Assembly: GCF_041956535.1 (NCBI RefSeq)
Contig: NW_027192211.1
Span: 371,995-435,994 of the forward strand
Length of the DNA stretch: 64,000 nucleotides
Direction: 5' to 3'
From: Calcarisporiella thermophila CBS 279.70
Lineage: Eukaryota > Fungi > Calcarisporiellomycota
Below are positions 1 to 11,834 of this stretch, one piece after another (position 1 is the stretch's first letter; every line of letters begins with the position of its first letter). Both the position numbers and the translations under genes were made by a program. The notes beneath the pieces were generated by a model. That model did not search any database. It saw nothing but the letters and a program-made list of their open reading frames with translations, and was not told where the DNA came from.

Positions 1-180
1 CGTTCAATCGATATGCGTGTATCGTAGTTGTCGTGAATAGCCTGTACGTGAAACCAATGTAATCGTTGTACTTATCGTAATGGCGATCTTTTTCAATAAT
101 TTTTTTTTTTTTTTTGATCAATCAACGGCAATTTTCACTACATGAACTGCGCCCCCAGCGCTGCTGTCATCGTCGTCCAC

Positions 181-253
181 GCAGGGTTAGCTCATCTGGG
201 AGAGCGTAAGACTGAAGATCTTAAGGTACCCGGTTCGATCCCGGGATTCTGCA
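181..253 (+). tRNA. tRNA-Phe (anticodon GAA), intronless
   Basis: Full cloverleaf: acceptor GCAGGGT/ATTCTGC, D-arm GCTC..GAGC, anticodon arm TAAGA-CTGAAGA-TCTTA, T-arm CCCGG-TTCGATC-CCGGG, discriminator A. Confidence 0.95.
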
Positions 254-259
254 CTCAAA

Positions 260-265
260 TTTCTT

Positions 266-300
<35 letters not shown>
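260..300 (+). terminator. Poly-T tract, Pol III terminator of the tRNA
   Basis: More than 30 consecutive T within about 15 nt downstream of the tRNA 3' end. Confidence 0.7.
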
Positions 301-302
<2 letters not shown>

Positions 303-589
303 CAAACGCACACCCTGAGTAGCAAGGCCCTCTCTCTCTTCTTTTTTTTTTTTTCAAGAGCGTGACGATAATTTCTTTCCAGAATTACTTATCAGCACCT
401 TAGTCTCTTATCACAAACTCTGAATACAATCACCAGAATCTATTACAATAAGGATTAAAGAGTATTGCAATGTTGGATACGCTAGTTTACATTGGATACC
501 ACATTTGCTAGAATGATTATACTATGAGTTGGTTCTATTGAATTTTAAAGTACATGTAGTCGAGTACGTTAGAACATGTACTTTATGAG

Positions 590-1666
590 TTAAAACAGTT
601 TGCCAATGATTTTCCCTGCAATTTTTTCCGCAGTACTCTGACTGTGGTGTGTCTGTTGTTGCTGTGTTTGCTGTGATTGCGGCTGTCCACTTCCAGCCCC
701 GCCCATCATCGATTGTAGTATGCTTTGAAGTCCACTGCTATTAGATGCTGCTCCACTTCCCCCCACCTTTTGGGTAAAATACAATTGTGCGGCCATGGTT
801 GCAGCCGTTTTCAAAATATTTCCCTTGTCGGCACTTGTTCCTCCCTGAGCATTAAACAACTTCAAGGCTTCGCCCATAGCTAATCCAAGGAGCTGCGATT
901 GGCCTCCAGATTGGCCTTGGTTACTGAAGAGCTTAAGAGCCTGCATGGCTGCAGCTGAGCCTAGCATTTCTGGAGATTGGTTCGGATTCGGCTGGCCATT
1001 CTGCAGAATATAATGAAGATCAGTTTGGTGAGAAAGAAATAAAATATATCACACGGAGGGAATCTTCACCTGTTGTCCATAAATCTGCTGGTGCGCATTG
1101 TTCATCTGTTGAACATCAGCATGTCCGAGTCCACTTCCGGATCCTGAGTGGCCACTGCCCATCACGCTAGAGAGCACGTTACTAAATAGTCCTCGATCTA
1201 TTTCAATCGTCGAAAATTAGTCAAAAATTAAACACTCCAACCAATTTTACTTGCCTTCTTCGGTATTCATCCCAGAATGTTGCTGGGCCACTGAGGTAGC
1301 TTGTTGAAGATGTGGAGACTGTTCATCCCCATAACTCGGAGCGTGCCCATAATCGTATTGCGACTGGACAGGGACTTGCGGTGTTTGCCCAAATGCTTCA
1401 TGACTGTACGATTGCTGGCCAGAGCCATAGACGGGCTGATTTCCCATTCCTAGGGCCTGTTGCTGTCCAAATCCTGGTTGGAATTGCTGCTGTGGTTGCT
1501 GCTGCTCCCCATAGGTCGGTTGGGGTTGTCCGTAGCTTGTCTGTGGCTGCCCAAAATATTGATTACCACTTTGCGATGTTTGGTTTGAAAATTGTTGCTG
1601 GCCGTAATATTGCTGCCCTCCGCTTCCTCCATAAGAGGCAGCTTCTCCTGGTCTGTTGTAATCCAT
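590..1666 (-). CDS. Gln/Gly/Ser/Tyr-rich protein with a C-terminal 'beta-flanking protein'-like domain (3 exons)
   Basis: Exons 1666-1255, 1197-1070 and 1000-590 splice in frame (MDYNRPGEAASYGG...EEDRGLFSNVL...NAHQQIYGQQ...LGSAAAMQALKLF...LLGLAMGEALKLF). The C-terminal motifs recall the fungal beta-flanking family. Confidence 0.75.
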
Positions 1667-2125
1667 TAGTGTTTTGTTGGATCGTGTTGTAGTCTCGCTA
1701 GTACTGAAGAATATTTGTGTTATAGGACGCGAAAACAAAACATATAATTTGACGTATCCATTCTCTGAAGTACGAGCTTCAGAAAACAATAAGATACCGA
1801 TTCAGATATACTCTAATTGGCGATTAATTTAATTTATCAACCTAGATCGAAAAATCGAAAGAAAAACTTTACAAAGCGGTGTCGTTCGCCAGAAACACAG
1901 CGCACAGATGGTGCTGTTAATGTCTCGGAGAAAATGAGAGAGAGAGGGAGCTTTTTCCCTTAAAGAATTATCTTGTCTCCATCTTATTCATTCCTTATAA
2001 TTAATAACTCAAAAGTTCTCTTCCTTTGAGTCTCTTGGACTTCTGAGGGAAGTTCTGTCCTGTGATTAGGGATCCCACCTTGATATTTGTTACACTTTAA
2101 TTCTTTGGCACAGATCCTAGATCGG

Positions 2126-5100
2126 ATGTCATCACCACTCACTCTCTCACCAAATTTGGGGCCAGGCTCTCCTCCCCATGAGGTTGATTTGATTAATGCC
2201 GCGCGCGAACTGGCACGGCGAGCGATTCTATTGGATGCGGAAGACAATCTAGACGGAGCCATTAAGTCTTACGAAGAGGCATTGAAGTTTCTCACAATGG
2301 CTTCAGAATTTACAAACAATGAGAATCATAAGCTGGAGAAGATAGTATGTAATGCATTTGATTTCTTATTTCGAGCTTAACTAAAAAGTTTCTATAATTT
2401 TTAGCGAGAACTCTATCAGCAACGTATAGATTATCTTATTGTTTCGGCAAGAGCTAAAAACATGATTTCTTCACCTACTTCATCAGCTTTTCTGTTATCT
2501 CAACCATCTCAGTCGCCTTTGTGTCCTCCCGTTTCTCATGCAGATAGAGTACTCCCTGAGCAACGCACATCCCCCTTCAAGCTGCCAGACAAGATACGGT
2601 AGTATAAACATAGATGGCATTATGCATCACTATCACTAATCGCATTGATCTATATAGCTCACAAAAAGAGCTTGAATATAGGCTTGACTCTCCGGTGTTG
2701 GCAAAAGAAAGTGAATCCGGTTTTGATCGTGTGCCAAGGGTTGAGCCAATACCTCCAGACAGATCAATCGATGGGATAAAATCAAACTTGCGCACAACTC
2801 CGCAGTTGCAACCGCTTTCCTCATCAGCACCCTCCAACGAAGATGCCCGGAATTCAAACGTCCCAAAAACAAAGAGTCGCCGCTCTCTCTCAATCTCTCT
2901 CGGTTCTCTCTTTCGCTCCAACAAGAAAAAAAGTAACAAAAATCCCTCTACAAAATCCTCTCGCCTCCAAAATTTACGCAAGTTTAATGCGTCAGTCAAC
3001 TCACTGCGTGGGATATTTGATGCAGATGGGACGAAACCTCCAGAAGTCGAGCTAAAATTTAAATCGCTAGTTGATCTTAATGCGGCAAACGCACTTTCTT
3101 TGGATGTGAGCCCCATGCCAATATTGGAACATACCAATTCATGCGCACCGGAACCAATGGCTCTTAATGAACGAGCTACAACGGATGCGTCCCCGTCACA
3201 ACGTTCGGAATCGGACACGCTAAGGCAGTCTCTACCTCCAAATAGAATCAAAGAGCACTCCAAGGTAGCGGAGGCTCGCGAGAAAGCACGAATCGCGGTG
3301 CAACTCGATTCGGGGCAGGATATAGAGGAATCAGTGCTTAGGTATCAAGAGGCTGTCAAATTACTTGATGAAGTTATGTTAGAGCCCTCGCACGCTGGGG
3401 AAATTAAACATTTCGAATCCATCGTATGTTCATGCCCGCCCATAATGCATATATTTGTGAGACTAATTACTCTATGTTTGAACTTAGCGAGATATGTATT
3501 TGCGGAGGATACAACAATTGACATCTATCCCTAAGGGAAGAGAGCCAGATACAAATAAATCTGAGGCAAAACGCTCGAGAATAAACAACTTGAAGTTGAA
3601 CCTGTTGGGAGGCCAAAAGGATGCCGAAGGAAGGGACAGTATTTCGCCACGGACTATTTCCTCAAAATATTCTGCTCGATGGAGTCCACTTTCTCCAAAA
3701 TATACATCGTCGCCCCCTCCATTAGTGCCTATTTCACCCGTAACCTCGAGTCCAAATCGATATACTCCTGCTACGCACTCACGTGGCATACCGATAAACT
3801 CTTCGCGCGAGATAACGTCCCCTGGCTCCCCTAAGTTTTCTTCGCTTTCCTATAAAACGCGATCATCCTCCTTCGGTACTTCGTCGCCCTGTTCTTATGC
3901 AAGCTCGCCTGAATTTCCCGGTATCATGCGATCGATGTCATCACGAAGCTTCTCCTATAGGGCTGAGTCACGTAAAGCCGAGCTCGGGATAGCAACCATC
4001 GGCCCTGACTTATTTGAAGATCCCATTGGAGATATCCCATTAATTCCGGGGACATTTGGGCAGAGGACAACAATCAAGCCTATTTCAGATGATAGTTTTG
4101 AGGTAGATTTGATGGGTCTAGAGGACGCAGTGTATGAACCACCGCCATCGGACCCTCGTAAGAGAATATTTTGGCTATTCCGAAGTCTGGAGAGAAGCTT
4201 GAGTGTGGGTGCTTTTATCACTGAACGACTTTACATTCCACGTGAAATTTGGTATAAACCACTTTTTTGACTCGAATATATCCATGGTCGACTTACTAAT
4301 GCCTGTTTTTTTGATCGTAAGGATGCAAAATAATGTACGTGTCCCCGCTATCGAAACCAAGATTCAGATATGCGATATCTTAAGCGGGGCATTGCACCGC
4401 ATTTCAGCATGGGAGAGATTAGATGACCTGCAAGGGACTGTAAAGCGTTTAGAATTTCTGCAAACCGCTCTAGGATCTGTTCAGAACATGCTAGCAAAGA
4501 AGGAATTTACAAAGGATCAAGGATCACTTGGATCGAGCACAAGCCGACAAGCAAGCCCCACCTCCCTCACGCTCTTTTCAGGGAAATCTAATGTAAATGG
4601 AGTTATTTTAGGAAATTTGCACGGGATTAATTTTATTTCTGATCTTCTTAGTCGCCAACTTCGATTAAATCCTTATGGAGAAAGCGGTCAATGGACCTAA
4701 TGAGTAGCCGAAGAGGGTAAAGGAGAGAGCACTTCGTTTAATTACTTCATATTGGTGACCTAATCCAGCTTTTTATTAGATCTGATGATTCGACTGGTCG
4801 CTATATGGATTCGCTAAAGCGACTTTTGCGCGCTGCTTTAGTGCTTGATCGATACTTCACTCACTTTGAGCCCAGAGTAACATGCGCCCCATCTCTGAAT
4901 ATGCATCCCCGTTCCCCTCCCTTATCTCCATTCCCCTGTCATCACAAAGCTAATTCATATATTTCTCAAAACGGTGCGCAGGCAGAGCCCATATCTCGCC
5001 AGAGTCGCTCCCAACGGCCAGTTAATCTGAATCAACGCCATCACTCTAATCCTACTTTGGCTATGCCAGTTGCACAGGAAATTTCAGTAGAAAATCAAAT

Positions 5101-5257
5101 AGGGCTTCAGAGCAGCGCAATTGAACTACAAATATTGGATCGACTGCAGCGAGTATTAGAGGTGCTCCACGAACAAATTTATGCTTTTGCTGTGAAAGAT
5201 TTAGGCTTTCTTCTGGAAAGATGGGTAGAGAAAAGAAAAGAGAGCTTGAAAATATAA
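2126..5257 (+). CDS. Tandem MIT-domain protein (multi-exon)
   Basis: Two MIT-like repeats (ARELARRAILLDAEDNLDGAIKSYEEALKFL; AREKARIAVQLDSGQDIEESVLRYQEAVKLL), Ser/Pro-rich linkers and a conserved-looking C-terminal block (RIFWLFRSLERSL..GAFITERLYIPREIW..Q.NVRVPAIETKI). GT-AG introns join the ORF fragments. Start codon uncertain. Confidence 0.75.
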
Positions 5258-6213
5258 AGGATAGAGCAGAGCATCATCTTCTTCTGGAAAGATATACAGT
5301 GTATGTATATATTGCTTGTACTTGTATTTATCTGTAGATTTGTTGTTTGTCAGTGGTATATTTAGTTTATTATGTTTCTAATACTAATACTAAATCCGGC
5401 CTTCGTATAAAAATCGCAATAAGAATATCTGAGAGCATCATCTTATTAGAGTACGAAATCTGCAAATAGATAAATAGTTCAAAATTGGAAGCATGTCAAG
5501 TCCAAGGCTTAGAAGTGTTTGCAGTAGCGGCACTTTTTTTTGAAAGAGCCAGGATTAATATCTACAAGTAAAAGGCATTAACCGGAGTTTCTCGATTTCA
5601 TCCTCACTCACTTCGACATGAAGACAGTATCATGGACAGTTTTGGTGGCCATGAATCAGCATTAGAGATAAGCATTTTGTTTCTGAGTAGCTATTAAGAA
5701 TCTTTCCTTTTAGTCACTAGCACTGGCTTCCACATATATGTGTTATTTTGAACTGCCAAGCTTCAAAGTGGCGGGCTAGCTCAAGGGAGAATTTTGTGAT
5801 AATGGATGCACAACTCTAAATGTATTTGCAGTAAATGCGTGGCTTCAATAGCAGGCAGTCAGGCGCAAAGCAGCGCCTAAAATGTTCATAATTTGTTAAT
5901 CTATTTGTGCAAATTTTAAATTTTAAGCAATTTGTTGATTCTTTTCTTCACTTCAATGGCTTCAAACTGCATAGGCTGTTTCAGCTTGCAATTAGCACAA
6001 GTCCTGTGGCACTTGGCTTGAATTTGAATTGGACCAGAAACAAATTTAAGAATTTTGCGCGAAGGTCATTTTAAATACAAACTAGAAATTTACAGCTAAA
6101 ATCAAGTGTAAAATGAATAGGAACACAGTGACCAAACAGCTTATGTGAGAAAATCTCACGGAGGCATGATATTGATATTATTAATGAAATGGTAGGTGCG
6201 GATTGGAGTATTT

Positions 6214-6533
6214 TCAATACACGGCAATAATGTATATAGCATGAACCTATGTTTATGAAAAAATTGTTAAATTAATTCAGTGAAAGGTGCTTGGGATTGA
6301 AGCAGAAAAAGTTTGCTCCAATACTTACAATTCCAGGAATATAACCAAGGATTGTTAAGAGAATGTTAATCGCCAGGTCTGCCGTGCATCCACGCTCCAG
6401 AAATACACCAAGGGGTGGGAAAATAACTGCACAGATGAGTTTACAGACTAGGACCAGGAAAAAGACTTAATTAGGTTGAAATCATGTAGAGACAAATCAA
6501 AAGGAACATACTGTCGTCACAAGTAACTGGCAT
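6214..6533 (-). CDS. PMP3: Plasma-membrane proteolipid, Pmp3/SNA (UPF0057) family, 57 aa, 3 exons
   Basis: Exons 6533-6512, 6447-6329 and 6246-6214 with GTATGT/GTAAGT donors and TAG acceptors give MPVTCDDICKLICAVIFPPLGVFLERGCTADLAINILLTILGYIPGIVHAIYIIAVY*. This carries the PPLGV...LLTILGYIPG..HA signature. Absent from the ORF track. Confidence 0.95.
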
Positions 6534-7443
6534 TCTTGATTATCGACTACTGATTCACTAAACTAAAGTGTATGAGTTGAGGAAGTGTAAGAAGTTATAA
6601 AGCTCCAATTTATACAATTTCCAATTGTCCGAGTCGTTTTATAAACGTGTTTCGAGAAATCGGTTGACGTCATTATAAATCTCCGCCTGTCTCCTTATGG
6701 TGGGGCTTCTTGGCAAGTATGGCTGCGGGATTAGGAAAACGATGTTTGCCATCTTCCGATAGAGAGTTCAGAGAAGCTTTTAAGAATATTCTATTGCTCT
6801 CCGTTACATAAGTCGGTCCACTCCACTACCATTAAATATTCTGAGCAAGGATATGGAAGCTTGCCTTTCTTGGCCCAACCCAAGAAATTTGCTTAAAATA
6901 TACCACCCATTGCTTGTTCTTTTTCTTCAAATTGATACACGCCCAATGCTTGGATTGTCCTTGAATTTCTCGATTTTTGAATGCACATGTAGCAATGGCT
7001 TATTTCCACACGCTCGAGTAGGGAAATTCGAAAAGTTCAAATCTTATTCTTAACGATTATAGACTTCAAGTTCTATTCACTAAATGAATTGGGTGCTTTT
7101 GATAGCAGCGATGTCGGTATTGCGCGGTTACGAAATAGGGACTATTCCTTTGTTGTGGGACAGTGATGTTTGCACCTGTATTTAATCTTGAATCTAGGAG
7201 TAAAGGAGGGCAAAGTACACTTTCGAGGCGGATTGTTGTCGCGATCTGCTTGGTGGGTTTGATATTGATAACAAATTGCCTAGCAAGACATGAAGTCTGC
7301 TTCTGTCCGTGTCAAGCATATCAATAGCTGTTAATATGAATACATCTATATATTATAGTAATAATAAAAAAATAGAATTTGCCTGCGGACTTTGGAAATT
7401 TGCACAGGTTTCCATCTTTTTATTTTTATATGCAGTTAAAGAA

Positions 7444-9591
7444 ATGCGAAAAATCATGCCTGAAATTAACCAGACGATCGCTGAATTTCAAGAAATCAAA
7501 GCCCACACAGAAAAAATACACCGAAAGATTGGTGCACGAATATCTGATCTACAGAGGAATAAACCATGTATATTGCCACTGACTTGTCGATTACTACAGT
7601 TAGATTAATTTATTTTCTTTAGATGTACTCCCTGTCGGCTTGTCCAGCAAATCTAGCATCCCTAGCAATCTTGAAGAAATCACGTTTCGATTCCTCACTT
7701 CCATCGAGTGGTCTCTATATACGCCCATAGATATCCACAAATTTCTTGAACGTTTGTTGAGTTTCTATCCTTCTCTTGCGGCTCACCATATACATGATAT
7801 TCTTCCTAAGATTGAGGCTATACTCTTGAGATTACACAAATTGTGCGGCGAATGGGTTATTTCGCTAAAGGATGAGCGAGTGGGAGGAAGGAGAAGGATA
7901 GTGATTGAAGGGGTAGACGTGGAAAAATTGAAGGCTGCACTGTCATCGGAGGAGTAAGTAAATTTTTCATATCTATGGTATGTTATTTTCTATACCTGTT
8001 ATATTGTTTTACGTAGAAATATTTCAACCGGAAGTGCGGGTATTTTGGATGGGATGACTTCTTCAAGGAAGTCATTTTCTAATTCAGAGCATCGACGAAA
8101 ATACTCGAATCCTTCAAATGTTGTTTCAAGCGAACAGTCTGGTAAATAAACATAGCCGTATAAATAGTGATTATTTAGTTAATTCTTCATCAATCTCCGA
8201 TAGATATCGACGAATTACTTGCTAAACCTTCGTATTTCGAAAAAGAGTATGGTGGTCAATTGGAAACACTATGGGAGATAATAAATCAGCCGACTGCCAA
8301 AGATATGCTTGCCCGCGAGATGGTGAGATTGTTTCATATTATTTCATTGTAGATGGCAAATTCCTGAATTAAGTATGGGCCCATGTTTTAGTTCCGTTCG
8401 CATAATAGCGGATTCCGTGAGTTTTGCAGACAGGGAACAAAAGATCAATGCAAACGGAAGCTTAAATCGGCTAGCGCTTGTAATAAGGTAGAGAGAGTAT
8501 GGACATATTGCTGGATCTGAGCAGAGTTTGTTAATAGAACCAATTTCATTCTTATACAGCTTCATTTTCGAAGAATACTTCGCCCCTACACTGAGGTTGA
8601 ACTTGGGGATTGCTCCTACCTCAATACTTGCCATCGCATGGATACATGTAAATATGTACACTATGAATTAGACGATGAGGATCCGGCACCAAAAGTTCTG
8701 GTTCAGACAAAAAAGCCACCAAAACCTGCAGTCACCCTATTTCCTCCGGTTAAAATGGTATTCATTGGCTCTTTGTACTGAAAAATGGGGTTTAGATTGA
8801 CCATTCCCAATGATAGCTGCCGCCCCAATGGATTAACTGTGATGTTCGCAAGTTGGATTTCAAGGTCCTAGGGAAGTTTTCAGTAATAATGGCAGATCCT
8901 CCGTGGGATATTCATATGACGGTATTTAAATAATTTAGCATGCTAACATTCACTGCACAATATCAATCATTTGCTTTTATTTATAGCTACCCTATGGAAC
9001 CATGACCGATGACGAAATGAAAGCTCTTCCAATGCATGAGTTACAGGACGAGGGGTTACTTTTTCTGTGGGTAACAGGGCGTGCTATGGAGCTGGGGCGA
9101 GAGTGTATGATGCTATGGGGGTAAGACTTGAATTCTTCTAAATTATCTTATTCCAAGGAGGCTTGAGCTTTTCCGTTAGATATGACAGGGTGGACGAACT
9201 CGTTTGGATAAAAACGAATCAGCTTCAACGCCTTATTCGCACGGGTCGTACTGGTCACTGGCTCAACCACAGCAAGGAGCACTGTCTCGTTGGTCTTAAA
9301 GGGAATCCTCGTGGCCTTCTCCGAGGTTTAGACTGCGACGTGATTGTGGGGGAAGTTAGAGAGACGAGTCGTAAACCAGACGAAGTTTACGGTCTCATTG
9401 ACCGTTTAAGTCCAGGAACTAGGAAGTTGGAGATATTTGGACGTCAGCATAATACACGACCAGGTTGGATAACACTAGGGAATCAATTGGAGAGCACGAG
9501 GATTTACGAAGCCGACTTAGTGAAGCGATTCAATGAGCGGTTCCCGGAGAATCCAGTCAGTTTAACCCCATTACCACCCGAGTGGCAATAG
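7444..9591 (+). CDS. IME4: mRNA N6-adenosine methyltransferase catalytic subunit (MT-A70, METTL3/Ime4)
   Basis: Tandem CCCH fingers (EFC..GTK..C...C.KLHF; [22 protein letters not shown]), catalytic [50 protein letters not shown] and [11 protein letters not shown]. Confidence 0.93.
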
Positions 9592-9771
9592 CCATCTTGC
9601 CCATTCATACCGATTTTATTTTTGCTGTTTATCTCCGCAGTGTTGAATTCAAATTTCTCCCGCTTTTTAAACTTATTAATAATATTTCCCTATTCGGCGT
9701 TTATATTAAACTGTTAAGCCTCAGTTTGAGTATCCAATTTGGGTCTTCAGAGGTTCTCAACTTTATGCTTC

Positions 9772-11529
9772 ATGGTCATTAGTAGTCGATTCCACTCAAT
9801 AGATCCCGTAAAATTTGCTAAATTAGGCGCATTTATATGCGCTTTCCTATTTACATTCGGTTCTCATTATGCTGGACACACGCTTGCTCCACTAAAGGCC
9901 GATCTTAAAGCGAGCCTTAACATTACCAATGCTCAATACGGAGTTCTTCAGTCCAGTGTTTCTCTAGTCAATTCGTTTATCCCATTGTTTGGCGGGATTT
10001 TTGTTGATTCGTTTGGAACAGGTACAGGCTCTTTGGTCAGCAGTTTTCTAATAGTTGTTGGGCAAAGTATAGTATCCGTTGGAGTTCAAAAAGGAACATA
10101 CGGGGTCGTAATTGCCGGTAGGGTGTTGTTTGGAGTTGGCTCAGGCACGGTCGTTATTGCACAGGAAAGTATCTTGGGAAAGTGGTTCCGCGGAAAGGGG
10201 CTTACATTGGCGCTCGCCAGCCTTTTTTCAATTTCAAGACTGGTAATCTCTCTACTATCCCTTCTTTCTTCCAATTGTTTTTCTTTTCGCACTGTTAAAC
10301 GAGATGGTGCTAGGCATCATTTCTTGCCAACGTCGTTGCCGTCCCCATCAAAAATGCGACCGGATTCTATGGGAATGCATTCTGGGTATCTTAGTTCTCT
10401 ACTCACTACATCCACTGATAAAATATTATGGCTATTTATTCTATCCTCATTGAAATCTTAGGTTGCGACTGGAGTATGCATTTTTTGTTTTTTTGTGAAT
10501 ATTGTGTTCGTTTATTTTGCAAATCGCGCTGAACATCATTCAACCGTGGCTTCCTCCACACCAAATGTCAATTACCTGAGATTTCTCAAACGAAACCGTA
10601 CTTTCCACCTTCGACGCGTTCTCTATTTACCCCTTTCATATTGGCTCATTGTCTTCTTGCAGATGTTGCTAGCGGGTCTTTGGACCTCTTTTCTTCACGT
10701 TGGTACCGAGCTGGTTCAAATTCGCTTCGGAGAGGCCCAAGCAATTGCAGCTTTCAATGCGGGCATTGGACAGACGGTTCCGATCGTGGTCTCACCTTTC
10801 TGGGGCGCCCTTGTAGATAGGTTCGGAAGGAGGGTCTGCACAATTTTCCTGTCCAGCATTATACTGGTCGTGTCACAGTGCATCCTTGGATTCTTGGAAG
10901 TTACTCCTATTGTTGGAATAGTCCTTTTCTCAGTTTCTCTGACCTTGGGTCCAATAGGACTCGTATCCTCGATCCCCTTGTTGCTGCAACCCGATCTAAT
11001 TGGCACTGGATATGGGATATTTAAAGTGTCCGACAACATCGGTTCGACCCTTTTCGACATCGGAATTGGGTACATACAAGACGCCACGCCTGGACGTGGG
11101 TATGGTGGCGTCATCGTCTTTTTCCTTCTTATTGCTTCAATTTCGACGTTGGCATCGGTTTTGCTCTGGATCGTGGATTGGCGACTGGGCGAGGGAATAC
11201 TCGAGGCGGGGCACAAGAAGAGAACTATATTATTAGATAAGTGGCAAGCAGACAGGCAAGAAACTGAGCAGAGCGTGGAGAAAGCGGGTAATCGGGAGCA
11301 GAGCATGGAAAAACAGAGAAAGGTGACGAACGAAGAGATGGCCCAGCAAGATGTGATGCCCCATGAGAGGAAAACCGTGTGCATGGCTATGTGCAAGGCA
11401 CCTCGGACGGAGCCAGCAACAAGTGAGGCGTTGTACCACAACTATTTTTTTGGAGCAGTGATACTGGTGTTAATTATTGCAAGCTTTTGCTTATATTTTG
11501 TGGCAATTGCTCGCAATGTAATGCAATAG
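9772..11529 (+). CDS. MFS transporter, MFSD1-like
   Basis: About 12 hydrophobic segments; MFS motif-A-like GGIFVDSFG and GALVDRFGRR; FGSHYA..LAPLK N-terminus; LIGTGYG; 3 exons. Confidence 0.85.
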
Positions 11530-11834
11530 GATGCTGATGCTATTACTTTGACCAATGCTCTAGACCATTCCACTGTTAATGAAATTGTTGTTTTAATAGA
11601 AAATAAAAGGATGCATTTGAATAACATTGAAAAAAAAAAGCAACAAGAAAAATAGTTGACTAGTAGAAACTGGAGAAAAATTAGAAGTGTGTAAAAGGAA
11701 GGAGAAAAGTAAAAAGAATAATAAGAGGAGGTATAACCAAGAGAAAAAAAAAAATAATGTTTTCCGAGTTCTATCTAAAAAGGTCATCAAATATAAGTAA
11801 CATGTGTAAAATGAAACATAGCTGATATTTAAAA

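Noticed and set aside
5769-5790. tRNA A-box-like GCGGGCTAGCTCAAGGGAGA
   Set aside because: There is no B-box, T-arm or cloverleaf downstream.
7444-9591. MT-A70 gene as the DNA 6mA methyltransferase (AMT1-type) of early-diverging fungi
   Set aside because: The tandem CCCH fingers and the [12 protein letters not shown] and [11 protein letters not shown] motifs are those of METTL3/Ime4, the RNA m6A writer.
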